A stretch of DNA of 35,839 bases, from NCBI GenBank assembly GCA_965601765.1, contig CBFCWS010000001.1, positions 1 through 35,839 of the forward strand, given 5' to 3'. Of the stretch, positions 25,709 to 34,426 are shown one piece after another. Every line of letters starts with the position of its first letter. The first letter of the stretch is position 1. The notes below the pieces were generated by a model that was not told where the DNA came from, did no database searches, and saw nothing but the letters and a program-made list of their open reading frames with translations. The position numbers and the translations under genes were made by a program. Source of the DNA: an uncultured Ilumatobacter sp. (GTDB lineage Bacteria > Actinomycetota > Acidimicrobiia > Acidimicrobiales > Ilumatobacteraceae).

Positions 25709-26898
25709 CCCTCCCGGCCGGCAGCTCGGGACGGCGCCGGCCGGTGGCCGGTGACCACGTAGTGACGACCTTTCCATCGCTGTCGACGCCGGAGCGCGGA
25801 CAGAGCGACGGCCGCCGCCGAGACGCCGTCGGCGAGCGGCGACAGCCAGTACGCCGGACCGCCGGCGGCGTACGCGCGGCGCGTCCCGACGAGGGTTCCG
25901 AGGCGGGCGAGCAGTGCGACGAGGTCGATGACGTCGACTCGCCACGCGACCGCTCGTGCGAGCGGCAGCGGCATCGTCGCGACGAGCATCGCGAGATCGA
26001 GCGCCTGCCGCCACCTCGGTTCGACGCCGGGGAGCGCGATCGACCGGCCCCAACCGGTCCACGTGGACGCGAAGTCGTCGTACATGCGCACGGTCATCAG
26101 CGCGGCGGCGTCGACGAACCCGGTCGAGCGCCCACTCGCAACCCATGCCCGGACGAGCGCGACGTCCTCGACGACCTCGGCCGCGACCGGAGCGAACCCG
26201 CCGGCCGCCTCCATCTCGGCGCGATCGAACGCCATGCACTGCCCGTTGGCGAGCATCCGGTCGCCTTCCACCGCGCCACCCGGCGGACCGAACCGGTACA
26301 CGAGCGTGGTCAGCATCGACGCGTGGAGCCAGCGCGCGCCGCCGGTGGGGCACTCGAACCGCCCCGCCGCGGTCAGCAGCGCGACATCGTCCCGCATCGC
26401 CCGCTCGACGATGGCGGCCGGCAGGCCGGGATCGGGGCGGACGTCGGCATCGATCGTGACGACCCACTCCCCGGTGCAGCGGCGACGACCCTGTTCGAGG
26501 GCCCATGTCTTGCCGGCCCAGCCGGGCGGGCGGTCGGTCCCGCTGATCACCACCGCCCCGGCTGCTCCGGCCTCCAGCGAGGTGTCGTCGGTCGACTGAT
26601 CGTCGACGACGAGCACCTCCACCACGGCGGGCGCCCCGACCAGCGGCGCGACCGCGGCGGCAACCCGGCCCGCCTCGTCACGAGCCGGGATCACCACCGA
26701 GATCGACGGGAGCGCACCGAGCGATCGCCCCGGCTCGACCGGCGGCGCGGCTGCGGACGCGAGCATCAGCCGTCTGAGCGCGCGCACGAGGAGCGCGGCC
26801 CGGAGCCCGATCGACGCCGCCGCCGCCAGTCGCCGCGGACGGCGTCGCTTCGCGCCGGCACCCTTGACTCCGGATCTCTTGACTCCGGCGTCCTTCAC
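25705..26898 (-). CDS. GT2 glycosyltransferase, CruC/CrtQ-like carotenoid glycosyltransferase
   Basis: SVVIPARDE, VVDDQSTDDT, PPGWAGKTWAL, TIDADVR, ANGQC, VVEDVALV, WKGR. GTGA-coupled to the desaturase. Confidence 0.88.
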   Translation of the reverse strand: MKDAGVKRSGVKGAGAKRRRPRRLAAAASIGLRAALLVRALRRLMLASAAAPPVEPGRSLGALPSISVVIPARDEAGRVAAAVAPLVGAPAVVEVLVVDDQSTDDTSLEAGAAGAVVISGTDRPPGWAGKTWALEQGRRRCTGEWVVTIDADVRPDPGLPAAIVERAMRDDVALLTAAGRFECPTGGARWLHASMLTTLVYRFGPPGGAVEGDRMLANGQCMAFDRAEMEAAGGFAPVAAEVVEDVALVRAWVASGRSTGFVDAAALMTVRMYDDFASTWTGWGRSIALPGVEPRWRQALDLAMLVATMPLPLARAVAWRVDVIDLVALLARLGTLVGTRRAYAAGGPAYWLSPLADGVSAAAVALSALRRRQRWKGRHYVVTGHRPAPSRAAGREG

Positions 26899-28352
26899 GC
26901 CGGCATCCTGGGCGCCGGGCCGATCTCGTCGGCGACGATGCGGGCCGACGTCGTCACCATCGGCAACCCACCCCCCGGGTGGGACGAACCGCCGACCAGG
27001 TAGAGACCCTCGATCGGCGAGACGTTGCGAGGACGGGCGAACGCCGCTCGGCGCCCGTTGGACGACGTGCCGTAGATCGATCCGCCGCGGGCGCGGTAGC
27101 GCGCCGCGAGATCGCTCGGCACGATCGTGTGGGTGAACGCCGCGCGCTGCACGAGATCGGGGCCACCGCGCCGCACCAGCTGATCGAGCGCCCAGCGCGT
27201 CGCGGCGGTCCGATCGAGCCCGATGCCCGGTGGGGTGTTGATCAGCAGGAACCAGTTCTCGTCACCGGGGGACGCCTGCGTCGGGTCGGTCACCGACGAC
27301 ACGCAGGCGTACACGGTGACGTCGTCGGCCAGTCGTCCCGCTTCGAGTGCGGCGAACTCGGCACGATCGTCCGGCGAGAACCAGACGTTGTGGTGGGCGA
27401 CATCGGGCGTCGTCCCGCGCGCGGCCACGCACACGATCAGCCCGCTGGTCGACGGATCGGTGCGGTCGATCCGTCGGAGCTGGCGGGGCCGGGGGACGAG
27501 ATCGCGGTAGAGATGGGCGGCGTCGACGTTGGCGACGACGACGTCGGCGGCGATCCGCTCACCGTCGGCCAGCCGGATCCCCTCGACGCGACCGCTCCGC
27601 TGGCACACTTCGACCACCTCGCGGCCGGTGTGCAGGCGGACGCCGACCCGCTGTGCCGCCGACAGGAGCACGTCGAGCAGCGCCCCGAGCCCACCGAGCG
27701 GATACCAGCAGCCGTGGTGCTGCTCGATGAACGGGATGCACGCGAGGGTCGCCGGCGCGCGGAAGGGCGACGACCCCGAGTAGGTGGCGTACCGACCGAT
27801 CAGCTGGCGCAGTCTGGGGTCGTCGAATGCGGCAGACGCCGCGGCGGCGAGCGTGCGGTTGCCGTCGATGCGGACGAGGTCGAGCGGCGACCGCATGCGG
27901 GCGGCGAGATCGACCGGGGACGTCATCGGACCGGCGAGGAACGTGCGCTCGCTGATCGACCAGATCTCTCCCGAGCGCTCGAGGAACCGCTCCCAGGCCG
28001 ATCCGGCGCCCGGGGTGAGCTCGTCGAGGGCCGCGGCGACCCGCGTCGGGTCGTCGGCGATGTCGACCCGACTGCCGTCGGCGAAGCGATATCGGAACTG
28101 GGGATCGAGCCGTAGGAGCTCCAGCTCGGCATCGAGGCGCGTTCCCGCCAGCTGCAGCACGTCGTCGAACAACTGGGGCAGGGTCAGCAGCGACGGGCCG
28201 ATGTCGAACGTGAAGCCCTCGCGCTCGTAGGTGGCGAGCTTGCCCCCTGCGACGCCGTTGCGCTCGAACACCTCGACGGTGTGCCCCTGCGCGGCGAGCC
28301 GGATGGCGGCGCAGATGCCGCCGACGCCGGCGCCGACGACGACCGCGGTCAC
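26895..28352 (-). CDS. Second CrtI-family desaturase, probably CrtD-type (1-hydroxycarotenoid 3,4-desaturase)
   Basis: VVGAGVGG FAD motif, FDIGPSLLTLP, RYATYSGSSP, HHNVWFS, ENWFLLIN, GGSIYG, GGSSHPGGGLP. Confidence 0.82.
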   Translation of the reverse strand: MTAVVVGAGVGGICAAIRLAAQGHTVEVFERNGVAGGKLATYEREGFTFDIGPSLLTLPQLFDDVLQLAGTRLDAELELLRLDPQFRYRFADGSRVDIADDPTRVAAALDELTPGAGSAWERFLERSGEIWSISERTFLAGPMTSPVDLAARMRSPLDLVRIDGNRTLAAAASAAFDDPRLRQLIGRYATYSGSSPFRAPATLACIPFIEQHHGCWYPLGGLGALLDVLLSAAQRVGVRLHTGREVVEVCQRSGRVEGIRLADGERIAADVVVANVDAAHLYRDLVPRPRQLRRIDRTDPSTSGLIVCVAARGTTPDVAHHNVWFSPDDRAEFAALEAGRLADDVTVYACVSSVTDPTQASPGDENWFLLINTPPGIGLDRTAATRWALDQLVRRGGPDLVQRAAFTHTIVPSDLAARYRARGGSIYGTSSNGRRAAFARPRNVSPIEGLYLVGGSSHPGGGLPMVTTSARIVADEIGPAPRMPA

Positions 28353-29107
28353 GCCCGCCTCGAGCGCAGGTTCCCGGCGAGCGCGGCGTACGCGATCGGC
28401 AACATCGCGACGCCCCCCACGACCGCGACGAGGCGGTCACGGAAGAACGCGGCGAACCCGACCGTCTCCATCGCCGTCATTGCGGCGTACGTGACGACCA
28501 GGTCGTCGGCGGGAGGCTCGTCGTCGACCGGGACGGCGACCTCGAGCACGCCCATCACCGCGATCGAGGTCAGGAACCATCCGAGGTAGTTGGTGGCCGG
28601 GATGCCCCGATACCGGCCGGCGGACGCCCATCGCCAGTACCCCTCCGCCGTCATCTGCGGGTCGAGGAACAGATCCCACGCCGTGAGCGCGGCGGCACCG
28701 AGCACGATGCGCCGGCAGCGCGTCTCGCCGGCCCCGAGGGCGGCGCGCGCCGACTCGCGGGCGGGCACCGCCATCGCCCACCACGCGAGCGGCACGATCG
28801 CCGGAACGCCACCCACCTTCGGCCGGAGCGCGTCGGTGTAGTGATAGGCGCCGAACGGGACCCCGGTCACGGTTCCGAGCCGCTCGACGACGGTCGTCAA
28901 CCCGGCGACCGCGGTCACACCGCCCGCCGCCCGCGACCAGCCGAGTCGGCGAGCGACGGCAGCCGTCGTCGTCGTCGCGAGCCCGCCGACCACCAGGTTC
29001 GACAGCACCCTCCGGGCTCCTCCTCCGCGCCGGTTGAGCGGCGTCGCGACCATGCCGAGCCAGGTCGCCGCCGCCGCCGCGTTGCGGATGGACGTCGTCG
29101 CGGTCAC
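28349..29107 (-). CDS. cruF: CruF-type carotenoid 1,2-hydratase
   Basis: ERLGTVTGVPFGAYHY, GGVPAIVPLAW, AWDLFLDPQM, GYWRW, GIPATNYLGW. GTG 29107 lies 7 nt after TAGCCT. Confidence 0.85.
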   Translation of the reverse strand: MTATTSIRNAAAAATWLGMVATPLNRRGGGARRVLSNLVVGGLATTTTAAVARRLGWSRAAGGVTAVAGLTTVVERLGTVTGVPFGAYHYTDALRPKVGGVPAIVPLAWWAMAVPARESARAALGAGETRCRRIVLGAAALTAWDLFLDPQMTAEGYWRWASAGRYRGIPATNYLGWFLTSIAVMGVLEVAVPVDDEPPADDLVVTYAAMTAMETVGFAAFFRDRLVAVVGGVAMLPIAYAALAGNLRSRRA

Positions 29108-29150
29108 GCGCAACAGGCTAGGGACGCAGGCGGCCCGTTCGAAGCCGACG

Positions 29151-30101
29151 TCATGCGCCCGGCCGGAGCAGCGCCCGGGCGGCGACGACGAGCTTGGTCG
29201 TCGTCGGCACCGACACCCGCGCCGCGAAGACGTCGTAGTCGGCGGCCTCGATCCGAGCGAGGATGCCACCGTAGAGCTCGTGTGCCGCACGGATGCACGC
29301 CGCGGACCGAGGCGGCAGCAGATCGATCCCCGCCGTCGCCGAGGCGTAGAGCCCGCGACAGCGCTCGATCTCGAACCGCATCAGCTCGACGAACTCGGGC
29401 GTGGCCCGGCGCTCGGTCAAGTCGACGCCGAAACGACGCAGATCCTCCTGGGGGACGTACTGGCGACCACGATCGAGGTCCTCGTCGATGTCGCGGAGGA
29501 AGTTCGTGAGCTGGAACGCGTTGCCCAGGTCACGAGCCGGACCGGTCGCGGCGGCGAGATCGGACGGCTCGAGGATCGGCAGCATCATCTCCCCGATCAC
29601 CGCCGCGGAGCCGTCCATGTAGTCGAGCAGATCGTCCCAGGTGTCGTAGGTGGCGATCGTCAGATCCATGCCCATCGAGCGCAGGAAGCGACGGAACGCG
29701 TCCGGGTCGATGTCGAACGCTCGAACCGTGTGCACGACGGCCTTGAGGACCGGGTCGTCGGAGGATCCCCGTTCGAGATCGGCGAAGAAGCGCTCGCCGA
29801 AGAACCACAGGGCCTGCTCGCGCTCGGCGACGGGGACGTCCCGGCCGCCCCGGCTCGGGATCTCGTCGACGATGTCATCGGCATACCGAGCGAACGCGTA
29901 CAGCGCGTGGACGTGGTGGCGCTTGATCGTCGGGAGCACCTGCGTCGACCAGTAGTAGGTCGTGCCGTGCCGGCGGTTGAACTCGCGGCAGAGCGCATAC
30001 GACTCGGTCAACGTCACCGGATGGTCCGGGACCAGCGCGGTGGTCGGCGTCGGCGGGCGCCGCCGGAGCGTCCGGCCGGCCGACTCCGCGAGCGACCTCA
30101 T
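29151..30101 (-). CDS. crtB: Phytoene synthase
   Basis: HGTTYYWST, ALYAFARYADDIVD, YMDGSAAVIGEMM, LGNAFQLTNFLRDIDEDLDRGRQYVP. Confidence 0.95.
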   Translation of the reverse strand: MRSLAESAGRTLRRRPPTPTTALVPDHPVTLTESYALCREFNRRHGTTYYWSTQVLPTIKRHHVHALYAFARYADDIVDEIPSRGGRDVPVAEREQALWFFGERFFADLERGSSDDPVLKAVVHTVRAFDIDPDAFRRFLRSMGMDLTIATYDTWDDLLDYMDGSAAVIGEMMLPILEPSDLAAATGPARDLGNAFQLTNFLRDIDEDLDRGRQYVPQEDLRRFGVDLTERRATPEFVELMRFEIERCRGLYASATAGIDLLPPRSAACIRAAHELYGGILARIEAADYDVFAARVSVPTTTKLVVAARALLRPGA

Positions 30102-31588
30102 CACCACCGGACGACCGACGTCCGCCGGGCGTACTCGCGCACGCGCTCGGCTGCGAGCTTGCCGGACACGAGGACCATCGGGACCCCCACACCGGGCAGC
30201 GTCGACGACCCGGTGAACACCAGCCCGGGCACCCGCTTGTCGACGTTGTTCGGGCGGAACGGGCCGGTCTGACGGAACGTGTGCGCGAGCGCGAACGGCG
30301 TGCCGCGCTCCATCCCGAGCGCTTCCCAGTCGAGCGGGTCGTACATCCGCTCGACGACCACCTCGGAGGGATAGCCGAGATCGGCGACGCGCGTGCGGAG
30401 CTCGTCGGCGAAACGACCGCCGTCGGTCGCCCAGTCGAGCTTGCCGTCGAGGTTCGGGACCGGCTCGAGGGCATAGATCGACGTGTGTCCGGGTGGGGCG
30501 AGCGCCGGGTCGTCGAGGGAGTGCAGCGTGACGAGCACCGAGGGGTCGGGCATGCGAACGCCGCGCTTGATCAGGGCCTTGAACGACTCGTTCCAGTGCT
30601 CCCCGAAGTGGATGTTGTGGTGCGCGGCGTCGGGCGGCGGATCGCCCTTGACCCCCGCGACCCACAGCAGGCACGACGGCGAGTAGGTGCCACGGCGGGC
30701 GGCGCGAGGCGCGTCGACCCCGCCCAGCAGGGTGCGGTACGCAACCGGCAGGTCGGCGTTGCAGACGACGGCGTCCGCGAGGTGCCGATCGCCGTCGGAC
30801 AGCTCGACCCCGGTCACGACACCCTCACCGTTGCGTAGGATGCGGGTCACGTCGACGTCGTAGCGGATCGTCGCGCCGGCGTCGGCCACCGCTCGCGCCA
30901 GCCCGGCGGCCATCTCGTGCATGCCGCCCTTGGAGACGAACACGCCCTCGACGGAGTCCATGTAGGTGATCACGGCGTACAGCGCCAGCGCGTCGTGGGG
31001 GGCGAGCCCGGCGTACATCGCCTGGAACGAGAAGATCCGCTGCAGCCGCTCGTCGTCGAAGAACGACGCCACCTTCTCGTCGAGCCGGCCGAAGCCTCCG
31101 AGGCGGACCAGCTCCAGACCCGCCCGCCACGGCTTGACGAGATCGAGCAGCGAGTTGAAGTTGGCGTCGATGAAGTGCGGCATCTCGACCCGGTACAGCT
31201 CGGCGAGCCAATCGCAGAACTCGCTGAAGGCACCGGCCTCACGCGCATTCGAGAACTGTCGGATCTCCTCGGTCATCGCCTCGCGCCCGTGACGGACGTG
31301 CAGCACCGACCCGTCTGCGTAGACGGCGCGGTACATCGGATCGACCGGTTCGATCGTGACGTAGTCGGACATCCGGGCACCGGCGGCGTCGAACGCCTCG
31401 GCGAGCAGGTCGGGCATCGTGAGCACGGTCGGCCCGTTGTCGAGTGTGAAGCCGGCCTCCCGGATCACCCCGGCGCGACCGCCGGGGATCGAGGCGCGCT
31501 CGAGCACGGTGACGTCGTGCCCGTCGCGGACGAGGTGCGCCGCGGCGGAGAGACCGCCGAGCCCGGCACCGATGACGATGACGCGCAC
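30101..31588 (-). CDS. crtI: Phytoene desaturase
   Basis: VIGAGLGGL, DNGPTVLTMP, FSFQAMYAG, AHHNIHFG, GTPFALAH, PGVGVPMVLVSGKLAA. Confidence 0.94.
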   Translation of the reverse strand: MRVIVIGAGLGGLSAAAHLVRDGHDVTVLERASIPGGRAGVIREAGFTLDNGPTVLTMPDLLAEAFDAAGARMSDYVTIEPVDPMYRAVYADGSVLHVRHGREAMTEEIRQFSNAREAGAFSEFCDWLAELYRVEMPHFIDANFNSLLDLVKPWRAGLELVRLGGFGRLDEKVASFFDDERLQRIFSFQAMYAGLAPHDALALYAVITYMDSVEGVFVSKGGMHEMAAGLARAVADAGATIRYDVDVTRILRNGEGVVTGVELSDGDRHLADAVVCNADLPVAYRTLLGGVDAPRAARRGTYSPSCLLWVAGVKGDPPPDAAHHNIHFGEHWNESFKALIKRGVRMPDPSVLVTLHSLDDPALAPPGHTSIYALEPVPNLDGKLDWATDGGRFADELRTRVADLGYPSEVVVERMYDPLDWEALGMERGTPFALAHTFRQTGPFRPNNVDKRVPGLVFTGSSTLPGVGVPMVLVSGKLAAERVREYARRTSVVRW

Positions 31589-31589
31589 C

Positions 31590-32651
31590 TCAGACCTCCC
31601 GCTCGCTGACGAAGACCGCGATCGCTGCCAGTTCCTCTCGCGCCGCAGCGGTGAGCGAGCTCGACTCGATCGCGGCGATCGCCGCTGCGGTTCGGTCGGC
31701 GATCGCAGCCTCGAGATCTGCGGCTGCGCCGGTGTCGATCAGGACCGACTGGATCTCGACGACGTCGGCGTCGGTCAGCCCCGGACACCCGACCCGGTCC
31801 AGCACGGCCAGCTGCGAATCGTCGGCAGCCGCCCGCGCCCGGGCGAGCAGCGGCGTCGGCTTGCCCTCGCGCAGATCGACGCCGACCGGCTTGCCCGTCC
31901 GCTCGGGATCGCCGAACGCACCCATGACGTCGTCGCGCATCTGGAAGGCGTCGCCGAGCGGGAGCCCGTAGGCGCTCAGCTCCGAACCGAGGGCGTCGAG
32001 GCGGCCGGGGTCGGCCAGCGCCACACCCAGGTGCAACGGGCGCTCGATCGTGTACTTGCCCGACTTGTAGCGGCAGATCCGCTCCGCCTGATCGAGGTCG
32101 CGCACGCCGCGGACGGTGCCGACCACATCGAGCAGCTGGCCGACGTTGAGCTCGATCCGGAGCTCGTTCCAGATCGTCCAGGCCTCGCGGTTCGCGTTCG
32201 CAAGGAGCTGATCGGCGTACACGAACGCGAGATCGCCGACCAGCACCGCGATGCCCTCACCGAAACGACGTGGCTCGCCCCGCCACCCTTCGGCTTCGTG
32301 ACGTTCGGCGAAGCACTGGTGCGTCGTGGGCTGCCCGCGGCGGCTGTCGGCATCGTCCATCACGTCGTCGTGGAACAGCGCGAACGCGTGCATCAGCTCG
32401 AACGCCGCGCCCGCGTCGACGACGACGGGGTCGTCCGGATCACCCCCGGCTCCGACGAACCCCCAGTGGCAGAACGCGGGTCGGAGTCGCTTGCCCCCCG
32501 ACGACACGAGCCGGCCGATCTCGGCCATCGGCTCGGTCAGGTCGGGGTCGAACGCCGACCATCGCTCGAGCTCGGATCGGAGCAGCTCGTCGAGCCGCAC
32601 ACCGACACGTTCGGCGATCCGGCGCAGGCTCGTGGGGGCGTCGGCTGGCAC
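31590..32651 (-). CDS. crtE: Polyprenyl (GGPP) diphosphate synthase
   Basis: GGKRLRP, FARM LFHDDVMD..SRRG, GQLLD, YKSGKY, SARM FQMRDDVMG, DLREGKPT. TAGCCT lies 6 nt before the GTG. Confidence 0.9.
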   Translation of the reverse strand: MPADAPTSLRRIAERVGVRLDELLRSELERWSAFDPDLTEPMAEIGRLVSSGGKRLRPAFCHWGFVGAGGDPDDPVVVDAGAAFELMHAFALFHDDVMDDADSRRGQPTTHQCFAERHEAEGWRGEPRRFGEGIAVLVGDLAFVYADQLLANANREAWTIWNELRIELNVGQLLDVVGTVRGVRDLDQAERICRYKSGKYTIERPLHLGVALADPGRLDALGSELSAYGLPLGDAFQMRDDVMGAFGDPERTGKPVGVDLREGKPTPLLARARAAADDSQLAVLDRVGCPGLTDADVVEIQSVLIDTGAAADLEAAIADRTAAAIAAIESSSLTAAAREELAAIAVFVSEREV

Positions 32652-32731
32652 ACCGCAAGGCTAAGGCGGGTGAGCGTCCGTCGCGCTGTGGGGACCGCGA
32701 TCAACCGACGATCTCGGTCGGCGGCAGCCGG

Positions 32732-32983
32732 TCAGCGGTCGGGTGGGGCCTCGAGATCGGCCACCACCTGCTCGACCTGGAGCCGGGCGCGCCCGATCCG
32801 GGTTCGGCACAGGTCGATCAGCTGCGCCGCGCGGGCGACCCGCTCGGCGAGCACGTCGACGTCGACGTCGGACCGCTCGAGGTCGCCGAGGATCTCGTCG
32901 AGCTCGGCGATGGCCTCGGCGTAGCCGACCCGTTCCGAGTCGTCCTGGGTGTCGCTGCCGGCTGGTTCGGTGCTGTCGGTCAC
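32732..32983 (-). CDS. xseB: Exodeoxyribonuclease VII small subunit
   Basis: YAEAIAELDEILGDLE..DVDVL..LIDLCRTRI..ARLQV. GTGA overlap with xseA. Confidence 0.92.
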   Translation of the reverse strand: MTDSTEPAGSDTQDDSERVGYAEAIAELDEILGDLERSDVDVDVLAERVARAAQLIDLCRTRIGRARLQVEQVVADLEAPPDR

Positions 32984-34314
32984 GGGTCCTCGATTCGGCT
33001 GGTCACCGTACCGTCGGCGAGCTGGGTGCTGACGACGTCTCCCGGCCCCACCTGCCCGACGCTCGAGACGACGGCTCCGTCGGCGTCGCGGGTGATGCTC
33101 CAGCCACGACGCAGCAGGTTGGCCGGATCGAGCAGCGCGAGCCGACGGCCCCGCTCGTCGAGCCGAACGGTGTGATCGCCCAGCGCGCGGTGCGTCGAGC
33201 TCGCGACGCGCGCGGCGCTGCGATCGAGATGGTCGGTGGCGGCGCGCAGGACGTGCGGGGCCGATCCGGCGAGGCGCTCGGCGCGGGCCCGCAGTCGATC
33301 GTCGGCGCGAGCGATCGAGCCGAGCGTGTCGCCGGACCACCGGCGAGCCAGTCCGTCGAGTCGTTGCTCGGCCGCGATCAGCCGCCGGTCGGCGGCGGCC
33401 TCGACGGCCGTCCACGTCCGCTCGGCCGTCGCGAGGTACGACGACACGCGCTCGACGAGGTGGGCGGCGCATGCGGTCGGCGTCTTGAACGCCGCCGCGG
33501 CCACCTCGTCGGCGACGCTTCGATCGATCTCGTGGCCGAGCCCGGTGAGGACGGGGAGCGAGCACGTCCCGATCGCCACGGCGATCGACTCGGCATCGAA
33601 CGTGGCGAGCTCGTTGCGGGCTCCGCCACCTCTGATGACGACCACGACGTCGACGTCGCCACGCCGGCCGAGCGACGTGATCCCCGCCGCGATCCCTCGG
33701 TCGGCGTCGACGCCCTGCACGCGGACGTCGCACACCCGCAGATGGAAGCCCAGCCCGCTGCGCCGGATCTCGTCGTGGAAGTCGTGCCACGCCGCCGTCC
33801 CGGAGCTCGCGACGACGCCGATGCACAGCGGCACCGTCGGCTGGGGACGCGCTCGGTTGGCGTCGTACAGCCCACCGGCGACGAGGCGCCGGACGACCTG
33901 GTCGCGCGCCTGGCTGAGCTCGCCGAGGGTGAACCTCGGATCGATCCCGGCCATCTTCAGCCCGAGACGGCCGTTGGGTGCGTAGAAGTCGAGATGCCCG
34001 TGGATGCGGACCTTCATGCCGTTGCCCAGCTCGAGCCTGCTCCGCTTGAGCAGTGGGGTCAGCTTGCGCTTCATCGGTGCGAAGAGCGACACGTTGATCA
34101 CGGCCCGGCCCTGCTCGGCGTGCTCGATCAGCTGGAAGTAGGTGTGCGGACCGCTGTGTCGGAGGCCGTCGATCTCGCCGCGGACCCACACGCCGTCGGT
34201 GAACCCGCGCCGGAGCTGGGCATTGATCGCCTCGGCGAGCTCGGCGACGGAGTAGGTGGGAGAACCCTCCTCGTCGAGCGGCTCGTCGCCGAAGTCGAAC
34301 GCCGGCTGACTCAT
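32980..34314 (-). CDS. xseA: Exodeoxyribonuclease VII large subunit
   Basis: YSVAEL, VWVRGEI, IGVVASSGTAAWHDF, VRVQG, IRGGG, TGLGHEID, KTPTACA, LDPANLLRRGWSI. Confidence 0.94.
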   Translation of the reverse strand: MSQPAFDFGDEPLDEEGSPTYSVAELAEAINAQLRRGFTDGVWVRGEIDGLRHSGPHTYFQLIEHAEQGRAVINVSLFAPMKRKLTPLLKRSRLELGNGMKVRIHGHLDFYAPNGRLGLKMAGIDPRFTLGELSQARDQVVRRLVAGGLYDANRARPQPTVPLCIGVVASSGTAAWHDFHDEIRRSGLGFHLRVCDVRVQGVDADRGIAAGITSLGRRGDVDVVVVIRGGGARNELATFDAESIAVAIGTCSLPVLTGLGHEIDRSVADEVAAAAFKTPTACAAHLVERVSSYLATAERTWTAVEAAADRRLIAAEQRLDGLARRWSGDTLGSIARADDRLRARAERLAGSAPHVLRAATDHLDRSAARVASSTHRALGDHTVRLDERGRRLALLDPANLLRRGWSITRDADGAVVSSVGQVGPGDVVSTQLADGTVTSRIEDP

Positions 34315-34426
34315 CCGCCGACCGCGCCGGCCCGGGAAACGGTCGTGCTCTCCACGCCGACAGCACACCACGATCGGCCGGTCGCCACAACCCGTCCACC
34401 GGTGCCGGGGCCGGGATGCGCGTGCG

